From: Thermoplasmata archaeon
GTDB lineage: Archaea; Thermoplasmatota; Thermoplasmata; Thermoplasmatales; GCA-001856825
Direction: 5' to 3'
DNA: 64,000 bases
Assembly: GCA_021792255.1 (NCBI GenBank)
Contig: JAJYUZ010000003.1
Location: 96,001-160,000, forward strand
Part shown: positions 49,884-59,632 of the stretch, piece by piece
Layout: each line of letters opens with the position of its first letter
Numbering within the stretch: the stretch's first letter is position 1
Program-made: the position numbers and the translations under genes
Notes under the pieces: model-generated
Told to the model about the DNA's origin: nothing
Database searches by the model: none
The model's input: the letters and a program-made list of their open reading frames with translations, nothing else

Positions 49884-50378
49884 ATGAAGGATGGAAAAAT
49901 TACATTAGATCAACTTAATAGCCTCGACAAGAAGATTCTACTTAGCATCTTCGAAACGAGAGAGACAAATCTGAGCGTCATTTCTAAAAAAGTTGGAGTT
50001 TCAAAATCCACAGTTCACAATAGATTGAAGAAAATGAAGAGTAGCAATTTCCTAAAGGGGGTCATACCTCTCATTAATCAAGCGAACCTCGATAGAGGTA
50101 TCACTGCAATTTCCTTGATCAGGTCAAAATATGGCCCAGAATACGGAGAAGCAATGGGAGCTAAAATTGCTAAGATCAGGGGAGTATGGGCCGTCTATTT
50201 CGTTCTAGGAAGCATAGATTTTGTCGCTATGATCCGTGCAAAGAACAAAACAGATCTTGCCGCAATAGTCAACGAACTATCGAAGACTCAGGGAATAGAG
50301 AGAAGCGAGACTATAATGGCACTAAACACTGCTAAGGAAGATTTCCCAGAGTCCCTTAAGCTCATTATAAAGGATTGA
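49884..50378 (+). CDS. Lrp/AsnC transcriptional regulator
   Basis: GVSKSTVHNRLKKM HTH; VYFVLGSIDF; resembles 36764-37219 (KYG..Y, IERS.T). Confidence 0.92.
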   Translation: MKDGKITLDQLNSLDKKILLSIFETRETNLSVISKKVGVSKSTVHNRLKKMKSSNFLKGVIPLINQANLDRGITAISLIRSKYGPEYGEAMGAKIAKIRGVWAVYFVLGSIDFVAMIRAKNKTDLAAIVNELSKTQGIERSETIMALNTAKEDFPESLKLIIKD

Positions 50379-50495
50379 TGACGAATAAAGTATCTAAATC
50401 ATCTAATTTAGAGTAATTTTTTTCCATTGTTATCACAACCGGAGAAACTTATCCACGATTAATATACTGGATTTCATTAATATCCGTGATGATAA

Positions 50496-51872
50496 ATGTC
50501 AATGCAAACACCGAGCAGATTGAGTATTGAAAACGCACCCATATTGAAGACAAAGGTTCCTGGACCAAAATCGATGGAATTTCTTGATATTCAAGACACA
50601 CTTGAGACATCTAGCAGATCTTACACTAATTTCTTCAAATTTGCCATCGATTATGGAAAGGGATCGACATTAGTGGACGTGGATGGAAATGTCTTCATTG
50701 ACTGGTTCGGAGGCGTTTCAGTTCTTAACTTGGGCCATGGACATCCCGCAGTAATGCAAGCTATAAGGACACAACTTGAGAAAATTACCCATATAACAGA
50801 AGTTCCTACCGAGGCTAGGATCAGGTATCTAAAGACCTTGAATTCTGTGTTACCGGGAAAAATGAAGGATAATTCGAAGATAATGATGACCGTCACAGGG
50901 GCGGATGCCTGTGAGGCAGCAGTATCCCTGGCAAGATTTAATTCAAAGAAACCAACCATTATCTCTTTCACGGGCTCATACCACGGCATCGCTGGCGGAA
51001 TTGTAGGAGCCACTTCTAATTATCATTATAGAGATTACGCGGGGTTCTCTTCGCAGAATTATGTGTATGCACCCTACCCGTATCCGTACAGATTTTCTAA
51101 AAAAACGAAAAAGGAAGACATCTCAAAGGAGGTCGTAGAGAGAATTGAAGACATGATTGGTGATCCGTACTCTGGTATCCCTCCTGTCGGAGGGATTATC
51201 GTTGAGCCTATTCAGGGAGAGGGTGGGTACATCGTGCCACCAGATGATTTTCTACCAATGCTTAGAGAAACTTGTGACAACCACTCCATCCCTCTCATAA
51301 TAGACGAGGTTCAGAGCGGAATAGGAAGAACAGGAAAGATGTGGGCCTCTGAATATCTCAATGTCACTCCTGATATAATGTGCATCTCAAAGAGCATTGG
51401 TGGAGGTATTCCCATTTCCTCTGTAGTCTACAGGAAGGATTTTGACCAGGTACCTAAGGCATTCCATCTGGGAACGTACAGGGGGAATCCACTGGGACTG
51501 GCCGCAGGAGCGGCAATTTTGGACGTGGTAAAGGATGAAAAATTCCTGGAAAGGGTCAGATCTAAGGGAAGATATCTGTTGGACAGATTCCAGGAAATCA
51601 AGGATCAAACTGAGATCGTTGGGGATGTGAGGGGGAGAGGTTACATGGCAGCGGCCGAGATCGTTAATAGCAGGAATGATAAGACCCCAGGAACCGAGCT
51701 TACGGGAAACATAAGAGAGGCGTTATTCAGGAAGGGACTGCTGATGCACACTTGCGGACATTACGGCAACGCAATGCGGTTCATGGCTCCTCTGACTATA
51801 GAAGATGATCTTCTCGATAAAGGATTATCTATCTTTGAAGAAACGATCAGGAAAACGGAAGTAAGATCATGA
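50496..51872 (+). CDS. gabT: Class III aminotransferase, 4-aminobutyrate aminotransferase-like
   Basis: PGPKS, DVDGN.FID, EPIQGEGGYIVP, DEVQSGIGRTG, SKSIGGG.P, GTYRGNP. Confidence 0.78.
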   Translation: MSMQTPSRLSIENAPILKTKVPGPKSMEFLDIQDTLETSSRSYTNFFKFAIDYGKGSTLVDVDGNVFIDWFGGVSVLNLGHGHPAVMQAIRTQLEKITHITEVPTEARIRYLKTLNSVLPGKMKDNSKIMMTVTGADACEAAVSLARFNSKKPTIISFTGSYHGIAGGIVGATSNYHYRDYAGFSSQNYVYAPYPYPYRFSKKTKKEDISKEVVERIEDMIGDPYSGIPPVGGIIVEPIQGEGGYIVPPDDFLPMLRETCDNHSIPLIIDEVQSGIGRTGKMWASEYLNVTPDIMCISKSIGGGIPISSVVYRKDFDQVPKAFHLGTYRGNPLGLAAGAAILDVVKDEKFLERVRSKGRYLLDRFQEIKDQTEIVGDVRGRGYMAAAEIVNSRNDKTPGTELTGNIREALFRKGLLMHTCGHYGNAMRFMAPLTIEDDLLDKGLSIFEETIRKTEVRS

Positions 51873-53185
51873 ACATCGTGACCAGAGATCCCTATTCTGG
51901 AAAGGTCTTGAAAACTTTTGACGCTGACGATATGGAAACAGCAATAAACAAGATAAGTAGAACAAGGAAGGCTCAGATAGAATGGAAGAAGAGCCTTGAA
52001 CTGAGGGTGAATCATTTCAAGGAGATCATCAAACCGAATTTTGAGAAAGGAGCGGATGAGCTAGCTTCCATAATGACCGAAGAAATGGGAAAACCCATTT
52101 CACAAAGCATCGCTGAAGTGAAGAAGAGCATCAAACTTCTTGACTATCTGATAGAGAATGCACAGACTATTTTTTCTGAAGAAGAAATCAAGACCGATGC
52201 CTCTAGAAGTTACATACGATTTGATCCACTCGGAACGATAATGTGTATCGAACCGTGGAACTTTCCGGTGTGGCAGGTGGCGAGGGCGGCCTTCCCAGCA
52301 ATGATTGCAGGAAATGGAGTGGTGCTAAAACATGCAAGCCTCGTTACTGGAGTATCACTCAAACTTCAAGAGTTGATAGATTCGTCAGCCTTCAACAGTC
52401 TGATAGTAGACGGAAGAACGGCAACTTCTCTGATAAAACACGTCGATGGAATTGCATTCACGGGATCTACAGCAGTAGGGTCCGGAATTGCTGCAGAAGC
52501 TGGGAAAGAACTCAAGCACGTGGTAGCGGAGCTAGGAGGTTCTGATCCTTTCATTATCCTGGACTCGGCTGATCTGAAAGCAGCTGCAAAGGCTGCTACA
52601 ACCGGTAGACTTCAGAACAACGGTCAGAGCTGCATTGCATCAAAAAGATTCCTGGTTCAAGATCAGGTGTATGAAGAGTTCAAAGAGCTCACCGCAATTG
52701 AATTTTCCAAAGTCGTTATTGGAGATCCAAAGAAGAAAGATACCTATCTCGGTCCGCTGTCCTCGGAGGAACAGAAACGGCTGGTGGATGGACAAATAAG
52801 GTACCTTGAAGCCAAGGGAAAAGTCCAGTACCTTGGAGAGGGAGAAGGCAACATCGTACCTCCCATTCTCGCAGAACTCAACGAGAACTATCAGGACGAA
52901 ATATTCGGACCAGTAGCCGTCCTCAGAAAGTTCAAGAACAAAGGGGAAGCCATAAACATCGCAAACGAAACACCATACGGACTCGGAACTTCTATATGGG
53001 GTGAAAAAGAAGATGCAGAGAAGATGGTAGGTGATATTGAAGCAGGGATGGTTTTCATCAACAGCATCGTCTTTTCTGATCCAAGGATCCCCTTCGGTGG
53101 AGTTAAGAAGAGCGGCCTGGGAAGGGAACTTTCTAAATATGGATCTAGGGAATTCACAAACATGAAGACGGTCTGGATCAGTTAG
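51869..53185 (+). CDS. gabD: Succinate-semialdehyde dehydrogenase-like ALDH (Sad/GabD)
   Basis: PWNFPVWQ, LKHAS, ELGGSDPF, NNGQSCIASKRF, SDPR.PFGGVK.SG.GREL; ATGA-coupled to the aminotransferase. Confidence 0.8.
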   Translation: MNIVTRDPYSGKVLKTFDADDMETAINKISRTRKAQIEWKKSLELRVNHFKEIIKPNFEKGADELASIMTEEMGKPISQSIAEVKKSIKLLDYLIENAQTIFSEEEIKTDASRSYIRFDPLGTIMCIEPWNFPVWQVARAAFPAMIAGNGVVLKHASLVTGVSLKLQELIDSSAFNSLIVDGRTATSLIKHVDGIAFTGSTAVGSGIAAEAGKELKHVVAELGGSDPFIILDSADLKAAAKAATTGRLQNNGQSCIASKRFLVQDQVYEEFKELTAIEFSKVVIGDPKKKDTYLGPLSSEEQKRLVDGQIRYLEAKGKVQYLGEGEGNIVPPILAELNENYQDEIFGPVAVLRKFKNKGEAINIANETPYGLGTSIWGEKEDAEKMVGDIEAGMVFINSIVFSDPRIPFGGVKKSGLGRELSKYGSREFTNMKTVWIS

Positions 53186-53810
53186 TTGAAACCGTTATAG
53201 CGTAATGTCCCCTATGGAATCTTGAAATGTCCTTTACCTGCTGAACCGAGAACCTCGCCCTTATCTTCTTTATCTCGTCATTGACAGAAAAGTCGCTCCT
53301 TAGGGAGAAAGTCTTGAGCATGAGTATCCCTCTTTGGGACCCGAAATAGTCCATGTTCTTTGCGAAAATATCTATCTGGTTCGGTTGGGAAACGTCCTGA
53401 TATATTATGTCCACTTTATCTACAAACAATCCGTAAGCCTCTGGTTTCTGTGCATCAGAAAGAATGGGAAAGATGTTCTCCTTTATTCCCGAAAGAGAGG
53501 CCAATTTGATAAAAGGGACCGGCGCAAATTCGACCGCAAATATCGAACCAGTTGAAAGTGAATCGGCGAGGTGAGATGCAGTTGTGCCGGCTCCAGCGCC
53601 CAGATAAAGCATGTGATCTCCTTTCCTTATATCTGGTCTCAGACCCAGTTTCATTGAAGAGGATAACTTGCTTCGCAGCGGGGAGAAAATTCTAAAGAAT
53701 TTCCCCCCTCTGCTTGTAACCTGTTCTCCGTAGATTGAGTTTCCATCTCTTGACTGAGAAAATAGATTTCCCTTGTCTTCGTAAAAATTGGGGACCTGAA
53801 TTTCCCTCAT
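53178..53810 (-). CDS. flpA: Fibrillarin-like rRNA/tRNA 2'-O-methyltransferase
   Basis: YGE, RSKL, LYLGAGAGTTASH.AD, AVEF, NIFPILSDA..P, YQDVSQPNQ. Confidence 0.92.
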   Translation of the reverse strand: MREIQVPNFYEDKGNLFSQSRDGNSIYGEQVTSRGGKFFRIFSPLRSKLSSSMKLGLRPDIRKGDHMLYLGAGAGTTASHLADSLSTGSIFAVEFAPVPFIKLASLSGIKENIFPILSDAQKPEAYGLFVDKVDIIYQDVSQPNQIDIFAKNMDYFGSQRGILMLKTFSLRSDFSVNDEIKKIRARFSVQQVKDISRFHRGHYAITVSTN

Positions 53811-54970
53811 CAGACAAACATCTCTAGGTTTCCTTTTACTTGGGAAGCCTTGTTCCTCTGTACGTTCATCTTTTCGACGCCTTTCATTAGATCTGACTGG
53901 ATTATGTGGTCTCTCCCATCCCTTATCGCAAACATCCCGCTCTCTACCACCGACGCTCTTAGATCTGCGCCAGAGAAACCTTCAGTTATTTCGGTTATCT
54001 TCTCCAGGTTGACCTCTTTTAGATTCATTTTCTTTGTATGAATCTTGAGTATCTCGATTCTCCCTTTCTTGTCAGGGAGGGGAATCTCTATAATTCTGTC
54101 AAATCTTCCCGGTCTGGTAAGTGCTTCATCTAGTGTATCGGGCCTATTAGTGGCGCCTACTAACTTTATGTTCCCTAATGGTTCAAAGCCATCTATTTCT
54201 GCCAGAAGCTGCATCAATGTTCTCTGCACTTCCCTGTCCCCAGACGTTGAAGAATCGATTCTTCTTGATCCAATTGCGTCAAGCTCATCGATGAAAATGA
54301 TTGAGGGTGCCTTCTTTCTCGCAAGATCGAATAACTCTCTTACGAGCCTCGCGCCTTCTCCTATGTACTTCCTTACAAGTTCTGAAGCGACCACCCTAAT
54401 AAAAGTCGCATTCGTGTTGTGGGCTACTGCCTTTGCAAGAAGGGTTTTCCCAGTACCTGGAGCCCCCACCAGAAGTACTCCTGTTGGTGGGTCTATCCCC
54501 ACCTTCCTGAAAATTTCTGGATTAAGCAAGGGAAGTTCGACCATCTCTTTAATTTCCTTAATCTGTTGCTCTAATGCACCTATGTCGTCGAACATCACGC
54601 TCGGCTTTTCTGATATTTCTGCTGCTACCACGGTTGGATCATACGCCTCTGGAATGACCGATATTACGGAGAGAGTAGCCTTGTTTAGGGCGACCCTCGT
54701 TCCTACTGTGAGTTTAGAAGTTGGAATGTGCTCCGAAGTATAGACTAAGAAGCTCGGTCCGGTGGAACTCCTGATCACAACTCTTCTCTCATCTATGACG
54801 TCCTCTATCGAACCGATCAGAAGCGGTGGAAGCTTTAACCTGTTCATCTCCTTCTTGAGTCTCTCTATCTCATCCGTCAGCCTCTTGTTCTCAAGCTCTG
54901 CATATCTCTTCTCCTCCTCAGCCGTTCTGAGTTGCCTGAGAACTTCTTCGACATCGTTGAATTCATCCAC
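53810..54970 (-). CDS. pan: Proteasome-activating nucleotidase
   Basis: N-terminal coiled coil + PPL, OB domain, GAPGTGKT, SELVRKYIGEG, DELDAIG, REVQRT, RPGRFDR. Confidence 0.93.
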   Translation of the reverse strand: MDEFNDVEEVLRQLRTAEEEKRYAELENKRLTDEIERLKKEMNRLKLPPLLIGSIEDVIDERRVVIRSSTGPSFLVYTSEHIPTSKLTVGTRVALNKATLSVISVIPEAYDPTVVAAEISEKPSVMFDDIGALEQQIKEIKEMVELPLLNPEIFRKVGIDPPTGVLLVGAPGTGKTLLAKAVAHNTNATFIRVVASELVRKYIGEGARLVRELFDLARKKAPSIIFIDELDAIGSRRIDSSTSGDREVQRTLMQLLAEIDGFEPLGNIKLVGATNRPDTLDEALTRPGRFDRIIEIPLPDKKGRIEILKIHTKKMNLKEVNLEKITEITEGFSGADLRASVVESGMFAIRDGRDHIIQSDLMKGVEKMNVQRNKASQVKGNLEMFV

Positions 54971-55128
54971 GTCGTCGTCTGTCTTCGTCTGCCTTCACCA
55001 GCCTCTAAAACTATCCTCATTATTTAAATGTAATGTATATTCGTTATTTCTGGACCAAATTTTTGCCGCATAATACTGGTTCCTGAAAGACTTTTTGGTT
55101 CTTCAATAACGCAGTGTCGAAGATGTAC

Positions 55129-56475
55129 TCAAGTTCCAGATTTCTTGAGCTGTGATTTTGGAAAGACTTCTCTTTTGGCTGCACTAGTGGCGTAATATAG
55201 CACTGCGGCCACTATAAATCCAATGAAGTAGCTGATATCTATTCCGCCAAGTCCCTTGGATATGAGGAAAGTGTAGTTAAAACTTCCAAGATAAACGTTC
55301 ATGAAGGGAACAGAAACTGCCAGACCCACGCAATAAGCGATTATGCCATTCCAATTCAACTTCTTTTCAAAGTTCAGTTTCTGTCTTTTTAGGACTACGA
55401 AATCAATTACTAATATCGCCACCCATGGTGATATCCAATAATCCAGTACTAGAAGGAAAGACTCAAAGAAAGTGTAGAAACCTTTGTAAAATAAAATCGA
55501 AAGAGCCGCTCCCACAACTGCAACTATTCCTACGAACCTTGTCCTGCTCATTTTAATCCCTCCGACCAGACCCGAGAGGGATGCCGAGTAGAGGTTCAGG
55601 ACGTTGGCAGCTATCCCGCCGAGTGCTATCGTCATTAGAGATATTTGATAAAAGCGACCAGAGACCGCTATTAGAGATGATGCATAAGAGCCACTGAGGG
55701 TTACAAATGAAATTACAAGAGCCACGATTTCAACAAAAGTGGTGGAAATAAAAGAGCCTGCAACTGTGCTGGAAAAAACTCTCTTGAGAGAAGTATTTTG
55801 AGGCAAGTAACGGGAATAGTCTGACGCATACGGACCCCAGCTCATCAGGTAGCTGTAAGAAAAGGCTATCATTCCAAAGAAAGAGATGTCAATTTTGGGA
55901 AAGGACAGAGAAAGTCCAGAAAAATTCTGTAACATCTGATGACTTGGGAAAAATAGGACTTCGACCAGTATTACGAGAAACAGTACCCCAAGGATGTAAG
56001 ACAGTACTCTTTCAACCTTGTGAATGAAATTGTAACCGATATATGCCACCACGTAGATGATCAAAACAAATATTGGAATAAGCAGAAGATATGATACCCC
56101 GAAAATCAAGTACAGTGCCAAAACACTGAGTATGTTGTTCACGATGAACCATCCAACCGTGTTGGATAAATTGATTATTCCAAAAACCCTCATTATGCCA
56201 TGTCCCATAGAATTGGTAGTCCCCATCATCTGAGGATAGCCAGTTTTTGGGCCCATTATTGCTGAAAGACCAACTATAATTGCACCAGCAATGTTCCCGA
56301 TGACGATTGAAATAAACGAACTTACAAAGTTCATGCCTAGCGATATCGGGATAAATCCAAGTGCAAAATCAGCAATAGTGAGGTTTGCGGCGAACCAGAG
56401 ATTAAAGAGCGAGCTCGATTTGCCGTGCCTAGATTCAGTAGGTATTCTTTGTATCCCGATACTTTCGAGAGTCAC
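55129..56475 (-). CDS. Purine-cytosine permease (NCS1 family)
   Basis: IP..ERHG-like start, LWFAAN, GPKTGYPQM, SW.PYASDYSRYLP, N..N.YS. Confidence 0.9.
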   Translation of the reverse strand: MTLESIGIQRIPTESRHGKSSSLFNLWFAANLTIADFALGFIPISLGMNFVSSFISIVIGNIAGAIIVGLSAIMGPKTGYPQMMGTTNSMGHGIMRVFGIINLSNTVGWFIVNNILSVLALYLIFGVSYLLLIPIFVLIIYVVAYIGYNFIHKVERVLSYILGVLFLVILVEVLFFPSHQMLQNFSGLSLSFPKIDISFFGMIAFSYSYLMSWGPYASDYSRYLPQNTSLKRVFSSTVAGSFISTTFVEIVALVISFVTLSGSYASSLIAVSGRFYQISLMTIALGGIAANVLNLYSASLSGLVGGIKMSRTRFVGIVAVVGAALSILFYKGFYTFFESFLLVLDYWISPWVAILVIDFVVLKRQKLNFEKKLNWNGIIAYCVGLAVSVPFMNVYLGSFNYTFLISKGLGGIDISYFIGFIVAAVLYYATSAAKREVFPKSQLKKSGT

Positions 56476-56504
56476 TCTCGAACATATGTTCGTGCTCTAA
56501 AAAC

Positions 56505-56903
56505 TTACTCGTTGAGAATAAACCAGGAACCAGTTCCATATGAGCAAAGTTTTCCGTCACCGTCGAATACTTCAACCTTTGCGACGCAAATGTTTCTTCC
56601 CTTTCTTATGACCTGGCCTACCGCCCTTGCTGGTGATTTGACCAGTGGGGACAGGAAGTTGACGTGAAGGTCTGTAGTCACCTGATTTTTTCTAGTCGTC
56701 GATAAAACCGCACTACCTCCGGCCATGTCTATCATCGAACAAATAACACCACCGTTTGCGATATTGCCCAGTCTCATATGCCTTCCTTCCAAATCGAGCG
56801 TCGACTCTGCTTTCCCTTCTTCAAGGATTTTTGTCTTTATACCAATAGAGGTCATAAATGGGTCTCTGTTTAGCATCTGTTCCATGACTTCCTGTTCATC
56901 CAT
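56505..56903 (-). CDS. PaaI family (hotdog-fold) thioesterase
   Basis: NGGVICSMID.AGG, T.DLHVNFLSP, RKGRN. Confidence 0.88.
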   Translation of the reverse strand: MDEQEVMEQMLNRDPFMTSIGIKTKILEEGKAESTLDLEGRHMRLGNIANGGVICSMIDMAGGSAVLSTTRKNQVTTDLHVNFLSPLVKSPARAVGQVIRKGRNICVAKVEVFDGDGKLCSYGTGSWFILNE

Positions 56904-56939
56904 AAATCGAAATAGATTACTGCTATATATACAGGATTT

Positions 56940-57557
56940 ATGGGGAAGGAGCAAAAGAAATCGTGGAACAGAGAATACAGGTTGAGAGGAAGGTTGTGGA
57001 GAGGAGAACTAAAAGAAAAGGAAATTTTCGACCAGGCGCTTCTTCCTGGACGGACCCTTGACAACGGTTGCGGAAACGGGAAAGGAACTCCTTCAATAAA
57101 GAGTGTTGTTGGTCTTGACTTCTCCCCTTTTGCACTCTCCTTGTATGGACACGAGCTTAGAGTTCTGGGAGAGATAGTCTCTCTCCCTTTCAAAGACGGG
57201 GCATTTTCAAATGTACTCTTCATCCACTCTCTGGATCATCTGGACGAGAAAGAAAGGCGAATCGCGCTTGAAGAAGCATCCAGGGTCTTGAGGGAGGATG
57301 GTAGGGTCGTTGCCAGGGTATTCTCAAGGCTCGACTTCAGGTACGGAAAGGGGCGAGAAATCGAAGAAGGCACCTTTCTGCGCGGAAACAAGATCCAGAC
57401 TCACTATTTTGATAAAGAAGAGTTTCTCAATCAACGACATTTTATAATTTCCAAAATCATGGATATAGATTATGACATAATTATACAAAACAGGAAATTT
57501 TATAGGAGAGAGTTTATTATAATTTTGGTTAAATATAAATCAGAAAATATCCAATAA
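56940..57557 (+). CDS. Class I SAM-dependent methyltransferase
   Basis: LDNGCGNGK, VGLDFS, LPFKDGAF, RVLREDG. Confidence 0.88.
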   Translation: MGKEQKKSWNREYRLRGRLWRGELKEKEIFDQALLPGRTLDNGCGNGKGTPSIKSVVGLDFSPFALSLYGHELRVLGEIVSLPFKDGAFSNVLFIHSLDHLDEKERRIALEEASRVLREDGRVVARVFSRLDFRYGKGREIEEGTFLRGNKIQTHYFDKEEFLNQRHFIISKIMDIDYDIIIQNRKFYRREFIIILVKYKSENIQ

Positions 57558-57634
57558 TATTGCGTCGAACAGCCTTATAAATGCATCGCCCCCAAATCAT
57601 ATATATATACGTTAAACGTATAGGTTAAGAGGTT

Positions 57635-59632
57635 ATGGAAGACTATACAGCAAAGGACATTGTAGTGCTTGAAGGACTGAAAGCGGTCAGAAAGAGACCA
57701 GCCATGTATATTGGAAGCACGGACGTACGGGGCCTGCATCAGCTTCTGTACGAGGTTATGGACAATAGTGTCGATGAAGCAATGGGTGGATATTGTAAGA
57801 ACATCTTCGTCACAGTAAAGGGAAAAACTGTCACCATTGAAGACGATGGAAGGGGGATACCTGTAGATATACACCCAAAATACAACAAGTCCGCCCTTGA
57901 GATTGTTCTAACAGAATTGCATTCTGGTGCAAAATTTGAACAAAAAGTCTACAAAGTATCCGGCGGACTCCACGGAGTCGGTGTTCACGTCGTAAATGCC
58001 TTATCGTCAAGTTTTGAGATATTTGTCAAGAGAGAAGGTTTTGTCTATCATCAGGGTTATTCGAAGGGAGAGAAACTCACCCCAGTCGAAAAAGTTGGAA
58101 AGATAGAAGACAATAAAGTCAGCTGGACCAGAGCAATAAGTACGAGTTTCCATTTCAATTCTCGAACTGGAACCCTAATAAGTTTCGAGCCCGATGAAAC
58201 AATAATGGAAACAGCTGAATATTCGCTGGAAACTGTCAGGGGAAGAATTGAGGAATTGTCCTATCTGAACAAGGGCCTTACCATCACACTGGATTGGAAC
58301 GGCGAGATTGTTACCTATCAGCATCAGGGCGGAATAGAAGAGATGGTCAGGAACATGAACAAGGGCAAGGAGACCCTGCACGATGAAGTGATCTATGGCC
58401 AGGTAAAGTTTAATGGAGAGATGAAGGACGTTTCGAAGAGCAATAAAAACGGCAGCGAGGAATCTAAAGATGGCTTCGAGCATCCCAGCACGTACATCGA
58501 GTTTGCCATTCAGTACAACGAGACCGTCAGCGAGAACCTTCTCGCTTTTGCTAATGATATCAACACCAGGGAGGGAGGAACGCACGTATCTGGATTCAAA
58601 GGCGCTCTGACTAAAGTACTAAACGACGAGGCGAAGAATCAAGAGATAATTCAATCGGATAATTTCTTTAACGGTGAGGACGTGAGGGAGGGACTCACAG
58701 CAGTTATAAGTGTCAAGATACCCGAACCTCAATTCGAAGGACAAACGAAAGAAAAACTCGGAAATAGCAATGTCAAGGGTATGGTCTTCAGTGGTGTCGT
58801 CGACCACCTGAAGAGATACTTCGAGGACCATCCAAAGGTTTCTGAGATCATCTGTAAGAAAGCCTTCCAGGCTGCAGAAGCGAGGGAAGCAGCGAGGAAT
58901 GCTAGAGAGATGGTGAGATCTAGGTCCTCCCTCAATGCCACCCTTCCGGGAAAGTTGGCAGACTGTACGCTAGAAGATCCAGAGAAGACAGAACTATACA
59001 TCGTAGAAGGAGACTCGGCTGCAGGACCTGCAAAGCAGGGCAGGGACAGATCATATCAGGCCATATTACCCCTAAGGGGAAAGATTCTGAACGTAGAGAA
59101 AGCCGGGTGGGACAAGATTCTGAAAAACAACGAAGTGAAAAACTTGTTTTCAGCAATTAATATGGGACCGAACGATCCCTATGATCCCAAAAAACTGAGG
59201 TATGGGAAAATCATTTTCATGACCGATGCCGATGTGGATGGAAGTCACATCAGGACTCTCCTGCTCACCTTGTTCTACAGGCATCTTAAGGAGCTGATAG
59301 TAAACGGTCACGTGTTCATAGCAGTTGTTCCCCTATTCAGGGTTCAAAAAGGAACCACCGTGAAGTACATCTATACGGAAAAGGAAAAAGATGCTTTAGT
59401 GAAACAGCTGTCAAACCCCATAGTGCAAAGATTCAAGGGACTTGGCGAGATGAATGCCGATCAACTCTGGGAAACGGCAATGAATCCAGAAACCAGGAAA
59501 CTGGTAAGAGTGCAGATAGAAGATGCCCAACAAGCAGATTCCCTGTTCACTCTGCTGATGGGTGAGCAAGTAGAGCCTAGAAGGGATTACATAATGGCTC
59601 ACGCAACTGAAGCTCAGAACATCGATGTGTGA
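57635..59632 (+). CDS. gyrB: DNA gyrase subunit B
   Basis: [60 protein letters not shown]. Confidence 0.98.
   Translation: MEDYTAKDIVVLEGLKAVRKRPAMYIGSTDVRGLHQLLYEVMDNSVDEAMGGYCKNIFVTVKGKTVTIEDDGRGIPVDIHPKYNKSALEIVLTELHSGAKFEQKVYKVSGGLHGVGVHVVNALSSSFEIFVKREGFVYHQGYSKGEKLTPVEKVGKIEDNKVSWTRAISTSFHFNSRTGTLISFEPDETIMETAEYSLETVRGRIEELSYLNKGLTITLDWNGEIVTYQHQGGIEEMVRNMNKGKETLHDEVIYGQVKFNGEMKDVSKSNKNGSEESKDGFEHPSTYIEFAIQYNETVSENLLAFANDINTREGGTHVSGFKGALTKVLNDEAKNQEIIQSDNFFNGEDVREGLTAVISVKIPEPQFEGQTKEKLGNSNVKGMVFSGVVDHLKRYFEDHPKVSEIICKKAFQAAEAREAARNAREMVRSRSSLNATLPGKLADCTLEDPEKTELYIVEGDSAAGPAKQGRDRSYQAILPLRGKILNVEKAGWDKILKNNEVKNLFSAINMGPNDPYDPKKLRYGKIIFMTDADVDGSHIRTLLLTLFYRHLKELIVNGHVFIAVVPLFRVQKGTTVKYIYTEKEKDALVKQLSNPIVQRFKGLGEMNADQLWETAMNPETRKLVRVQIEDAQQADSLFTLLMGEQVEPRRDYIMAHATEAQNIDV

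Noticed and set aside
54045-54743. 232-aa plus-strand ORF and many similar antisense or alternate-frame ORFs (e.g. 445-942, 7149-7718, 17114-17602)
   Set aside because: They lie over well-supported genes, have biased composition and show no motifs; shadow ORFs
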